A stretch of DNA of 63,807 nucleotides, filler included, from Pirum gemmata (GCA_002812295.1; 14 parts of 14 records of this genome joined end to end with filler, not necessarily neighbours in it), one strand, 5' to 3'. Shown: positions 37,307 through 49,259, counted from the first letter of the whole stretch. Made by a program: numbers and translations. Notes: generated from the letters alone by a model not told the origin.

Positions 37307-37584
37307 GGGAGCGTTCAATAATTACGTAACGCTGGGGGGTAGGTAGGGGGGGTCGGATTTTTGTGACAGGCCGTGACGCAGNNNNNNNNNNNNNNNNNNN
37401 NNNNNNNNNNNNNNNCTATATATATATATATATAACATGAGGGGTAATTTAGGGTACTATTTTTTCCAAATCGTTACGTCATAAGGGGTAGGTAGTCCTT
37501 CTCAAAAGCAACAGCCCATTACACGGGGGGTAGTAGGGTAGGTTTTTGTCCCAAATCGGCGTTACGTAATTATTGAACGCTCCC
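37307..37584. mobile_element. PIF/Harbinger-like MITE with TIR GGGAGCGTTCAATAATTACGTAACG
   Basis: Perfect TIR at both ends; TAA on the left and CAA on the right (degenerate TSD); internal N gap; related ends at about 50117-50196 and 45950. Confidence 0.8.
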
Positions 37585-37620
37585 CAATGCCTGGTATCGA
37601 CGCATCGTTGGCAATGTGGC

Positions 37621-38850
37621 TATCAGCACTCTGCCATTGGACCACCAATGATCATCATAAATAATAAAAGATCAACCGAAAATAGTTTCGAATCTATTTT
37701 TCAGACAGAGCTCGAGGATATCGAAGATGTATATTGAACATCATTATGATGTATATTATTGAAATAATACATATTAATATTGCATTGTATTAATATTATA
37801 CTTACCATATTTTTTTAAGAGATATAAAGCATGATGCATCATATATATATTATATAATGATGTATACTATCAGCACTCTGCCATTACCACTTTCCATATT
37901 TTTTTTTAAGAGATGTTTTAAAAGTATAATACATCATATTATAATATATTATATGATGTATACTATCAGCACTCTGCCATTGGACCGGTACCATCAATCC
38001 TAACCCTAACCCTAACCCTAACCCTAACCCTAACCCTAACCCTAACCCTAACCCTATAAATAATAAATAATCATGATTCATGATCAAACGAAATAGTCCT
38101 AACCCTAACCTTAACCCTAACCCTAACCTTAACCCTAACCCTAACCCTCGAGGATATCCAGGATTTATATTGAACATCATTATTAATATGATAATATTAT
38201 ACATAATATTGCATTATATTATATGATGTATTAATATTATACTTTCCATATTTTTAAGAGATGTTAAAAGCATACTACATCATATATACTATCATAACTT
38301 TAGATCTGCCATTGGAACCGTATACCACCAATGATCGTTATAAATAAATAATAAAATTTAATTAATAAACATGATTCATGATCAAACGAAAATAGTTTCG
38401 AATCTATTTTTCGGACAGTGCTCATGGATATCGAGGATGTATATTGAATATCATTATGATGAATATTATTGAAATAACACATGATGCATTATATTTTATC
38501 ATGATTTATTATTATATAGACACTTTATGCGATACAAAGTGATAAATGTGAAAATTCTGGACTTTAAATTTCTAAAGTCCAGAATTCGCACATTTATCAC
38601 TTAATTAAGCTTTTTATCGCATAAAGTGTCTATATACTTTCTGTATAAGAGATGTAAAGTATATAATACATCATAATATATTATAATATTAATATTCTAT
38701 GATGTATTCTATCAGCACTCTACCATTGGTCCACCAATGATCATTATATAAATAATAAATAATCATTATCCATGATCAACCGAAAACAGTTTCGAATCAA
38801 TTTTTCGAACAGAGCTCGAGCGAGATATCGAGGACATAATAATATGACAT
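37621..38850. repeat. Degenerate tandem repeat of about 250-bp units (tatcagcactctgccattggacc...ctcgaggatatcga...) with insertions
   Basis: Unit starts near 37621, 37869, 37964, 38305 and 38710; one unit carries two CCCTAA arrays and another carries a palindrome. Confidence 0.8.
38513..38636. mobile_element. Foldback hairpin element inserted at a TA site
   Basis: TATAGACACTTTATGCGATA...TATCGCATAAAGTGTCTATA with self-complementary interior; absent from sister repeat units; related ends at about 21609 and 51100-51142. Confidence 0.75.
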
Positions 38851-39883
38851 TATAATGCTTTTCAATAAATAGTACCAAATTAATACAATATAATATATAA
38901 ATCCATTTAATAATATATTTTATTATAAATATTTTTATTTTAAAGTGTCAATTTAAATATTATAACCCTCCAAATAAATATTTAGAGTAACAAAATAAAT
39001 GAAAAACACGATATATAATTAAAATAATACATAATGCATTATATTATGTAGTATTAATATTAATTATTAATTTATTATTAATATATTATATCAATGTATT
39101 ATACTTGAAGACGTATATATTGGTTTAGTATTAAGATTTGAAGGGATTTTGCCAATAGAATAAGAGATAAAAAGTATAATATAATAATACATCATAATAT
39201 TATGTATGATGTATAATTATAATGACGTTACCCGGTTATTATGCAAATACGTATTAATAAATTAAAGCAAATGATTTACAAAATCCTAACCACAGAATTA
39301 TATATAGAGTTATAAATTGGGAGCGTTATTAGGGTTACAGTCTTGAGTGTTATTAATATCAGGGTTAATAAATAAAACTAGACATTATTAGAATCTAGTG
39401 AACAAAATTTGTTTTTCAAGAAGAGAGTTAAAAGTACTAGGTCAGGTTAAAAGCTTGATCAAAGTAGCTGATATTTTTTCTGGTTTTAACTTTATTACAT
39501 GTACAATATAGTATTATATAATCATATATATGAGTAAATTCATTAGAATATTACTATATATATATTGTGATAATATTCTTTTATTTATAATTACAAATGA
39601 ATATAGTTTTAAAAAATATCTTATGCATTACTTATTAAAAGCTTATGAATAATTATATTACTACTAACAATGTAAAATAAAAAGTAGTTATAAATAAATT
39701 GAGGAGTAATAAACTTTCAATTGGGTGCCATATCTCCTCTTAATAATAATACTAACACTATTTCCAATTGCAAGGGTAGAATATTAATTAAAATTATAAA
39801 ACTATTTCCGGACCGGAGCTAGTAAAAAATAATATGTGAACCAATATATAATATATATGTAGTCATCAAATTTTAAAAAAACA

Positions 39884-40360
39884 GTTAGGGTTAACGTTAG
39901 GGTTATAATTATAATTAGCTATAACTAGACAATTAATAGGATAAGGGTTAGGAACTGTTATAAATTAGGGTTAGAATTAGGTGTTAGAATTAGAATTAGA
40001 ATTAGGGGTTAGAATTAGGGTCAGGGTCAGGGTTAGGGTTAGGGTTAGGGTTTGGGTTAGGGTTAAGGTTAAGGTTAAGGTTAAGGTTAAGGTTAGGGTT
40101 AGGGTTAGGGTTAGGGTTAGGGTTAATTAGGGTTATGGTTTGGGTTAGGGGTTTGGGGTTTGTATTAGGTTTAGGGATTCGACTGGGGTTATGGAGTCCC
40201 CGTCTAGTAGTAGTTCTCTACAAATTCCTATTGATCATTTTTTAGCAACTTGACCCTAACCCTAACCCTAACCCTAACCCTAACCCTAACAACCCTAGCC
40301 CTAACCCTCACCCTAATCCTAATCTTAACCCTAACCCTAACCCTAACCCTAACCCTAACC
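39884..40360. repeat. Telomeric arrays in inverted arrangement: (TTAGGG)n to about 40155, then (CCCTAA)n at 40254-40360
   Basis: Read directly; about 100 bp of unique spacer; the CCCTAA array runs into the scaffold end. Confidence 0.85.
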
Positions 40361-40460
40361 NNNNNNNNNNNNNNNNNNNNNNNNNNNNNNNNNNNNNNNN
40401 NNNNTTAATTAATTAANNNNNNNNNNNNNNNNNNNNNNNNNNNNNNNNNNNNNNNNNNNN

Positions 40461-40491
<31 letters not shown>

Positions 40492-41445
40492 CTTTCAAAG
40501 TAACGACAACAACAGCAACGTGTAAAAAAACAACAATTAAAAATACAAAAAAACAACAACAAGATCAACTTCAAACATCATTATAAATAAAAAAAAAGTA
40601 ATTAGGTCTTGGCTGTGATTTATAAATAAAACAGCAGTCTATCTTAGGAAATTTCCTCATAAAACACCATATATATATAGCAAAGTGATAGCCTTAGCTC
40701 ATCCAACTTTATTGGTGATTTTATACCTAAAAAAAGAGCTATTTGCCAAATATGTATAGTAATATTTAATCAAATAAGGTGTGATATGACAAATATGGTG
40801 TGTTAAGTAATAATAAAAATCTTTTAATGGGTACGATATTTCTAAATTTAGAATTAAATTTTAGTATTGTGCTTTTCGTTTATTTTGTAACCCTGAATAT
40901 TTATTTTGCTGGTTATAATATTTAAATTGGTATTTTTAAAAATTAATAATTAGATTATAAAATATACCAAATTAAGTAAAATGGATTTAAATTGTATTAA
41001 TTTGGTACTCTTTATTGTAGACTATGATAGTATTTTCCAAATGTGCATGGCATTTTACAATAATTTGTATCACTTTGCCCTCGCCAATAGTCTGTGTTTG
41101 TATGAAAAAAACAGCGCAATATCATATAACAGCGCGGTAGCTACAGCGCGGGTATTTTTCGAAATTTCTTCCACAGTTCCACCACGATTTAATGTCGAGT
41201 CTGTTCGATAGTTCGAGCATAATGTCGAGTCTGTTCAATAGTTCGAGCATAAGTTCTTAGCTTAAGTTCGATATCGTGAATAATGAAAACTAGACTATGA
41301 CACCCTTTTTTCCTCGCATTCTTGGCCCTCTTGACTTTTAGGGCTTATTGAGCTATTGTTTATTGATTGGGTGTTCAGTTAATTTCCTTTGGTTCTATTT
41401 AGACTACTATTGGTTAGCAAAGACCCAAGGAAAAGTAAGGGGTTC

Positions 41446-41537
41446 GGGTTATGTTAGGGTTAGGGTAGTCGGTCTAGTTAGGGTTAGGGGTTAGGGTTAG
41501 GGTTAGGGTTAGGGTTAGGGTTAATTAAGGTTAAGGT
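41446..41537 (+). repeat. Interstitial (TTAGGG)n array
   Basis: Read directly from the sequence. Confidence 0.85.
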
Positions 41538-42404
41538 TTTTGAGTATAGCTAGCTATATTTGTAGTTCAGATATCCGACAGCTAAGTTCAAACTATTCAC
41601 TACTATGGTACAAACAATCTAAAAACGTCCTACTTTTTTTTACTAATTCAAAATCCCACTTTTTTTTTTTTCATGTTCGAAAATTTTGAAACTATTAAAT
41701 ACCTATTATTCTATTTATATTCGAAAATTGAAAATTCTAGTGAACCCCAAAAGTTGGACGTTTTTAATAGTAGTAGCCTAGCTAGCTACTAGCTAGCTAA
41801 CTAGTAGCAAGAGAGCTGTAGGCCTAGCTACTAGCTACTAGCTAGCTACCTAGTTGCTATGTGGTGTCTAGCTAGCTAGCCTGTAGGCCTGTTCACCTAG
41901 CTAGCTAGCCTGTTCACCACTCTAGGCTCTAGATTATCATAGTGGCTCGAGACGGCTACTGCACTGTTGAGTTAGACCTGATGAGGGGTCTCTTGATCTA
42001 CTGTCTAGCTAGTACTAGTAGTAGCTCTGCTGCTTTCGATAGTTAGCTATGACTAGTTTATTTATCCATTGATATAAAAATTATCAATTTAAATATTATA
42101 ACACTCCAAATAAATATTCAGAGTGACAAAATAAATGAAAAGCACGATAGTGTTGAAATATTATGATAAACTAGTGAGTGTGATTCACAAAATTGTGAAA
42201 AATTCCAAAGTATTATAAATCAATACCCTATAAACAATCATAATAATATTATGGTAATAATGATAGTTTGGCTTACTACATAAAATGAATAGGATATGAC
42301 GAGTATACGAAATATTATTCATAATAGATTAGAAGATGGTTAGATGTTTTTGGTTGTTAGTAACTAGTTACAGCACATCATACTGGAATCATTTATATAA
42401 ATGA

Positions 42405-42607
42405 TATCGTGTTTTTCAATAGTGTTGTCCAGTACAAAAACTGAAATAAACATTACTATAGTTAAACTATTAGACATGTTTTAATTTATTTGGTATTTTA
42501 TACTTAATGTTATATTTTAATTTTAAAAATAAGTTCAATTATGCACTTTCAAACAGTACTAAATAAAGATTGAGAGGAAATATACAACTGTAATGAAATA
42601 GACGATA
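42405..42607. mobile_element. MITE family B copy
   Basis: TATCGTGTTTTTCAATAGTGTTGTCC...AACTGTAATGAAATAGACGATA. Confidence 0.78.
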
Positions 42608-42890
42608 ATATTATACACAATGTATAATATATATTAATCTGCACAAGCACATATCTAGTCCTAATATTATCAACTATGATATGATTTGACAGCTTTTTTT
42701 TTTATTATTTTTATAATATACTATAATATCGATATCATAATTATGTAACATCATTGAAAATTGAAACCAAAATTAAAACTTTCCCCAATTTTGGGATAGA
42801 AATTTTATTTTCCTTCAATCTTTGTGAAGCTTGTGAAGTTAACTTTCTTTTCGGCGGCGATCATCGCTCAATCAAAGGATACCATGGTTA

Positions 42891-43047
42891 GGCCTCTCCC
42901 AATTTCTGCTGTCGAAAAATTATTCTTTCCATTTTTTCGGGATAAACTTGAACACTTAACTGTTAGCTTAAAATTTTCGAACTTATTTAATTAATGCTTA
43001 GGCTCGAAAACTCAATTTTTAAACAAAGCAGAATTGGGAGTTGGACC
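42891..43047. mobile_element. Harbinger-like MITE family D (TIR GGCCTCTCCCAATT.CTGC)
   Basis: tta|GGCCTCTCCCAATTTCTGC...GCAGAATTGGGAG; a homologous copy lies at 50526-50740. Confidence 0.65.
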
Positions 43048-43075
43048 CAGTTCAGTAAAAAATTAAAAAAAAAAC

Positions 43076-43264
43076 TATCGTGCTTTTCAGTTGTTTTGTC
43101 ATCATAAAATATAAAATAAAGAGGACCAAATTAATACAATACAAATCCATTTCATTTAATTTGGCATATTTTATTATCCATTTATGCATTTAAAAACGTC
43201 AGTTAAAAAATTATAAACAACCAAATAAATATTCGGAGTGACAAAATAAATGAAAAGCACGATA
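43076..43264. mobile_element. MITE family A, best-preserved copy (189 bp including terminal TA)
   Basis: 26-bp inverted ends TATCGTGCTTTTCAGTTGTTTTGTCA / TGACAAAATAAATGAAAAGCACGATA with 2 mismatches; about 15 full or partial copies in the window. Confidence 0.88.
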
Positions 43265-44294
43265 CATCATGAATCCATGATAGTATCATCTTAGCAAGTT
43301 ATCTACTACTACTAGCTAGAGCCTAGAAGCCTAGAGCCAGCTAGCTGCTCTAAAAGTCAACATTATATGAATTTGTAATTTTGTAACATATTATTACAAC
43401 ATCATAGCTATTCTATTTTTAGCAAATTCTTTTCCAGTTTTGGTGATAGTTTCCATAATAACCTATAGTATCATATCATACCGGTACTGTAAATACATGT
43501 GCTGGTGGTATAGCACTGGGGCAATGATTCTAAAAAACAAAATCTTCCGAAAATGTATATGATTACATAGTTTTCATTGGTCATACTGTCATAACCACAC
43601 ATAACCATTGGTCTATATCCCCCTAAATATTGAAGGATCGCAAAATCCCAACACACAACAACCAATAACCTCTGGCATTGAATGTAGTATAATTAGCCAT
43701 TTAAAAAAAAGAAGCATAATTATATATAATTATCATGTGATCCATGCACAAGGTTAAATTGAATATGACGTCATTTTTAAGTCATATGGTTCCAACCGGT
43801 ATATGGATTGGATAAAATATCAAACTTAGACTATTAGAGAATTTACCAGAACTCTGAAATTCGGAGTCGATAGAGTACTAGCTAGCTACTAGCTAGGAAG
43901 ACCCGACAAAAAACTAATCATATAAAAAAATAAAAATAAACCAAAGCCAAACAAAAAGCAAGAAAAACCCAACGAAGAAAAGAAAGAAAAACAATAACTA
44001 CTAAAACAACTTTTTTTTTTTTTAAAAAAAACAACAACAATACACACTTTTGCTGTACTACTATCAACGCAACAGCAACAACAAACAACAAACAACAAAG
44101 ACTAATTGACAACTAACTGACAACTAACAACACTCACGCCACCGCCACTATGATACCACCACTGATTTTGCTCGTGCTGAATAACATGGTAGCAGTTTAT
44201 TGCACAACCCGCAGGCAACTTCCAAACCAATTTTTTTTTTTTCATTTTTCCAAAATCCTGAACAGGCTGAACTTCAAACAAAATCTTTAGATGG

Positions 44295-44361
<67 letters not shown>

Positions 44362-45046
44362 ATTTTCTGAATTTAGTTCTCTGATTTGTTATTATTTTAA
44401 TTTGTATTTTTTATTTTATTTCTTTTTCTTTTTTTATTATTATGCTAGCTAGGCTAGCTAGTAGCTATAGTCTATATTATTAGTAGATATTATGATACAT
44501 AGAGTATACATAGATATTATTATAGATATTATTATTATGATATTACTGAGATTATTATTGATACATAATAATGACTAGTCTATCTATGATATATTTTTTT
44601 AAATATTATATAAAAAAATTCTTTCTGAATGGCTGGCTAACTTCAGCTCGAATCCTCAAAGGTTTTCTTAGTTTGTTCGTTTTTTTTTCAATAATATAGA
44701 CTATTTATAATAATAAATCATTTTGCACCTTACTTAGGCTTGATTGAAAAAAAGAGATCGAGTTATAAATGAACATCCATTTACAAATGATCTGTATCAT
44801 CTGCTATTGTATGACTCGTATTTTTTTTTTTTTTTTTTTNNNNNNNNNNNNNNNNNNNNNNNNNNNNNNNNNNNNNNNNNNNNTTAATTAATTAANNNNN
44901 NNNNNNNNNNNNNNNNNNNNNNNNNNNNNNNNNNNNNNNATAAATAAATAAATAAATAAATAAATATATTTTGGATTTATTTTTTATATATTATTTTATT
45001 ATAAAGACTACAAATATATTTTTATTATTTTTTAAAAAAAAGAATA

Positions 45047-45949
45047 ATGAGTGAGTTGAAAGATAATTCTAATTCTTGGACGTCGTTAGCTAACATGCCT
45101 TCAGCACGTTATGAGTGTGCTGCAGCCACTTTTAGTGATAGTGAAATTGGCGTATTTGGTGGTTTAGATGGTAAAGGTAATTATTTAAATACGGCTATAG
45201 TTTATAATCCTAAACATAATTCTTGGTCAGCTTTAGCTAACATGCCTACAGCACGTTTTGCTTGTGCTGCAGCCACTTTTGCTGATGGTAAAATTGGCTT
45301 ATTTGGTGGTTACGATGGTAAACATTTAAACACGGCTATAGTCTATAATCCTAAAGATAGTTCTTGGTCGCCTTTAACTAACATGCGTACAGCACGTTCT
45401 TATTGTGCTGCAGCCACTTTTGCTGATGGTAAAATTGGCTTATTTGGTGGTTACGATGGTAATGCAACTTTTAACACAGCTATAGCCTATAATCCTAAAG
45501 ATAATTCCTGGTCGTCTTTAGCTAACATGCCTAAAACACGTAGTTATTGTGCTGCAGCCACTTTTGCTGATGGTAAAATTGGCGTATTTGGTGGTATGGA
45601 TGGTAGTGGTAATTATTTAAACACAGCCATAGTCTATAATCCTAAAGATAATTCTTGGTCGTCTTTAGCTAACATGCCTACACCACGTTCTTATTGTGCT
45701 GCAGTCACTTTTGCTGATGGTAAAATTGGCATATTTGGTGGTTACAATAATAACACGGCTATAATCTATAATCCTAAAGATAATTCTTGGACATCTTTAG
45801 CTAACATGCCTACAGCACGTTATCTTTGTGCTGCAGCCATTTTTGCTGATGGTAAAGTTGGCGTATTTGGTGGTAGAGATCGTAATAATTATTTATTAAA
45901 CACGGCTATAGTCTATAATCCTAAAGATATTGCTTCAGATACCAAGTAA
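45047..45949 (+). CDS. Stand-alone kelch-repeat beta-propeller (six near-identical repeats), intronless
   Basis: Repeat unit SWSSLANMPTARSYCAAATFADGKIGVFGGYDG..YLNTAIVYNPKDN with kelch GG, Y and W landmarks. Confidence 0.92.
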   Translation: MSELKDNSNSWTSLANMPSARYECAAATFSDSEIGVFGGLDGKGNYLNTAIVYNPKHNSWSALANMPTARFACAAATFADGKIGLFGGYDGKHLNTAIVYNPKDSSWSPLTNMRTARSYCAAATFADGKIGLFGGYDGNATFNTAIAYNPKDNSWSSLANMPKTRSYCAAATFADGKIGVFGGMDGSGNYLNTAIVYNPKDNSWSSLANMPTPRSYCAAVTFADGKIGIFGGYNNNTAIIYNPKDNSWTSLANMPTARYLCAAAIFADGKVGVFGGRDRNNYLLNTAIVYNPKDIASDTK

Positions 45950-46130
45950 GGGAGCGTTCAATAAGGACGTCCTCCATGTTAGAGGGGTTCGACTACCCTA
46001 AATAATAAAGGCTCTAAAAAATGTGTAAACTACCCTAAAAACAGTTGAAAAACAGTACCCTAATTTTTAAAATAATAAATAATAAAGGCTCAAAAAAATG
46101 TGCAAACTACCCTAAAAATAGTCAATAAAC
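45950..46130. mobile_element. Left end of a Harbinger-like element starting immediately after the kelch stop codon
   Basis: TAA|GGGAGCGTTCAATAAGGACGTC matches the TIRs at 37307 and 20210; subterminal direct repeat aataaaggct..aaaaaatgtg.aaactaccctaaaaa occurs twice. Confidence 0.65.
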
Positions 46131-46249
46131 ACCATTTAAAATTAATAAACTTTATTTATTATTATTATATTTTATTATACTGTTAAAACTATCTAAATAT
46201 CTTACATAAATTATTAAACTTTCGAGTTATATTATATAATTTGAACTAC

Positions 46250-47050
46250 ATTCAACTACACCCAAGGTCTCCAATGATCAGAATCTGTGTCTACATTTAA
46301 TGTCCAGAACATTTCAAGACGGTTATTAATTAACAACTAAATCAGGAACAGCTGCACTTTTGTTTCTTCATTGCTCTGTCCTGTAGCTCTTTTTTGCTCT
46401 CTTCTCTTTTTAATCTCTGATCTCATATCTTTCATTACATTTTCTAGGGCCAAAGGAAAAGGAATCCAAGCAGACGTCACGCCATAAGTATAATAAACCT
46501 CTCTATCCCCGTGATGACCACGTTCTTTTAAAGCCACAAGTGGAGTCGTACTTTCCTTGTCATAATCATGGAAATATTATTATTATAATTATCATCATCA
46601 TCATCATCGTCATCTTTATCATCATCATTTTTAAAATTTGTTATTATTCTTATTATTATCATTATATTATTATCATTACTATATATATTATTATTATTAT
46701 TATTATATTATTATTATTAACTGTTATTATATTTTATTATAGTTTTTTTACCTGTAGCTATAATTTTATTTTCTTCTGCTACAGGTTTTCTCGGTGTTTG
46801 CTGACACTTTTTAAAAATCTTATTAATAGATCCGTTCTTCTTTTTCAACTTTAATCGCGTATGCTCAGCTTTTAGCTCCTTTATTTTTTCTTGTATGACT
46901 TCATTACCCTGACCTTTAACTGTTTTCCATATAACATTATATTTACTTTACACTTTTCTGTACTCCACAGGTTTTGCTTTAAACTTATTAGTGCCAATTA
47001 CCAAACTTTTGATTTCTTCATAATTCTCATGGTGTTGTTTGTCAAAGCAT
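46250..47050 (-). pseudogene. Degenerate coding remnant, possibly of transposon origin
   Basis: Minus frame CFDKQHHENYEEIKSLVIGTNKFKAKPVEYRKV*SKYNVIWKTVKG...KIIAT|gt has an in-frame stop; a second piece LKERGHHGDREVYY lies downstream. Confidence 0.35.
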
Positions 47051-47859
47051 AATGATAATGATATCGATAATGATACTAATAATATTAATAATAATAATAA
47101 TAACGAATGCTACTTTATTTGTATGTATTGTATTAACACTCAAGGAAGAACCTTGCTGGATTCTAGGTTGTAATAATCCACCGGTTTCACCTTTAAAAGG
47201 AGGTCACGTGCAATTTGGGAACCCGAGACTTTTGCAACGGCACACTGAACAACGATTGAGAAAAGAAATAGAGGAAGAGTACAAAGCAAAGTTGAAAAAA
47301 GATTTAGAAAAAAGTTTACTTGATTTTACCGTTTCTAACACGTTCATTATATTCAAGATGAATTATTAACATTAAAATATCCAAAGTATGGCCACGCTTT
47401 TTTCGACACTGACAAAAACAACCATGTACATGTGAGAACCTTTTTTTTTTTTAGTAATATTAATAATAGTAATAGTAATAAATAATAATGATAATAGATC
47501 TAGAAGCCTTGACAAATTTTGTTAAGTAATTATAATTTTGATTGGATATTATAGTGATAATCGATAGTATTCAATATTCTATTTATTAATAACATTATAA
47601 TGACTAGCTATAGCAATTTATTCATATCAATAAATAAAATCATTATTATTTATTTAAATTTATTATATATATTAATACTATATTATATAGAATAACAATC
47701 TGGAATAACAATAACTAATAATAATGACTTTATAAATTATTGATCACTTTAAGTGATAATCGACAGTACGTACTCTATTTATTAATAACATTATAATTAC
47801 TATCGATCACTTAATTCAAGTGATAAATAAAGTCATTAATATTAATATTAATATTTATT

Positions 47860-48180
47860 ATAATATATGTATGTTTGAATAAGTGAAAAATTCTCTTGAG
47901 GCACAACCTATTTGCTATTTCTTTTGTAAGCTTGATAAAACTTGACGAGTAACCGTTAACGTTATTGTAAACAATTAAAGAACCTACATCTGCGTTTTTT
48001 TCTTGATACATCATTAAACGCTGAAAGATAGCACAATAAAGCTCTACTATTCTTTTACTAAATTTGTTGCATATGTTATCCCTCCTCTGTTAAAATACTC
48101 TTGCAGCATGAATTTAATTTACTGAATATGATCAGCCTTCTACTGATATACCCAACCAAATAACCAACAATTATTGACTT
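47860..48180 (-). pseudogene. Degraded P-element/THAP9-like transposase C-terminal fragment
   Basis: YLVGYISRRL....CCKSIL resembles YIAGYV.RKL....C..C...L; KNSRALLCYLS resembles K.RGGL.YPS; IKLTKEIANRLCLKRIFHLFK resembles LIK.I...Y..IRL.H..K. Stops and a frameshift are present. Confidence 0.5.
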
Positions 48181-48200
48181 ATGTGAGTCATCATAGATTT

Positions 48201-48241
48201 ACCCTAACCCTAACCCTAACCCTAACCCTAACCCTAACCCT
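48201..48241 (-). repeat. Interstitial telomeric array, (CCCTAA)n on the + strand
   Basis: Read directly; abuts the transposase remnant. Confidence 0.85.
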
Positions 48242-48511
48242 CTGATAACATGTATATATGGTACCCTGTCTTATAGTTAATAATTTTTCTTTTATTATTA
48301 TTTTGGTTGTTATTAAATAAAAATGACAAATCAATTTAAAAAATGAATGATTTCTAATAAAATTATAATAGAATGTTATTAATATTATATATTATATATT
48401 ATATTATAATAAGTAAATTTATTATATCTACTACAACATCGAATTTTTACACTAGAATTGAAAATGTCAAATAAAAAATAAAAAATATTATTTACTTTTA
48501 TTTGGTCGGTA

Positions 48512-49168
48512 CTAAGGGTCCACAGGGTTAGGGTTCACTGGCTTAGGGTCTACTTTCTCCTCTTCTAATAAACGTGGAGTCAAAGGGCATTTCAATACTG
48601 CTTCATTGTATTTTGTAGTTTCCTTGATAAGGTCTTTATTCATTTTTTCCACTTGATCTTTTATTTTCTTAATTTCAACTTCCAATGCTTCTTTTTCTGC
48701 TCGGCATGGTTTACCATTTTCATTTGCCCGTTCTAATTTCTTTTTACAACTTTCAGTATCAATACTCAATTGATTTTTTGTTAATATATTTGCTCTCGTG
48801 GCATCCTCACAATCTTCTTGAAATTCTTCACACGAATTTATTTGTTGTTTTAATTTAGTATACTCAGTGATAATTTCTTCAGGAATGGGTTTCATTTTAT
48901 CTTTTACATTTTTACACACTCGCGCTGGACATAATTGTGCAGAACCACACATTGGTTTAGGGCAAAATGTTGGCGGTAAATATCGTTGCGGGCAAGGGAG
49001 GGCCACGCAGTTGCATGGTGTTGGTTGCTGGGAATCCCCGCCGGTGAACATACTTAAAATGGTTTTCACATCTGATAAATGCCTACGCCATTTTTTTCCT
49101 TGGGCGTTTGAAACTAACAATGCCGCGAATATTACAACGACTAAAGATAAAACAGATCCAAATTTCAT
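48512..49168 (-). CDS. Secreted hypothetical protein with Cys/Pro-rich segment and Cys-containing coiled coil
   Basis: Signal peptide MKFGSVLSLVVVIFAALLVSNAQG; PCNCVALPCP..CPKPMC..CPARVC; Lys/Glu-rich heptads; complete ATG-to-TAG ORF. Confidence 0.75.
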   Translation of the reverse strand: MKFGSVLSLVVVIFAALLVSNAQGKKWRRHLSDVKTILSMFTGGDSQQPTPCNCVALPCPQRYLPPTFCPKPMCGSAQLCPARVCKNVKDKMKPIPEEIITEYTKLKQQINSCEEFQEDCEDATRANILTKNQLSIDTESCKKKLERANENGKPCRAEKEALEVEIKKIKDQVEKMNKDLIKETTKYNEAVLKCPLTPRLLEEEKVDPKPVNPNPVDP

Positions 49169-49259
49169 TTTATTATTAGTATTATTATTAATTTGAAAAT
49201 TTGTTGTTGTTGTTGTTGTTGTTGGTTTTTTGGTTTGGTTGTGATTGTGGCTGTCGTTG

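Noticed and set aside
37621..38850. CRISPR-like array
   Set aside because: Units are long degenerate tandem repeats without unique spacers; no CRISPR array is seen anywhere in the window.
45950..46000. tRNA-like look (GGTTCGACT hairpin)
   Set aside because: No acceptor stem or D-arm; the sequence is a transposon end.
47140..47369. Coding-like stretch KEEPCWILGCNNPP...GGHV
   Set aside because: No recognisable family, start or confident exon boundaries.
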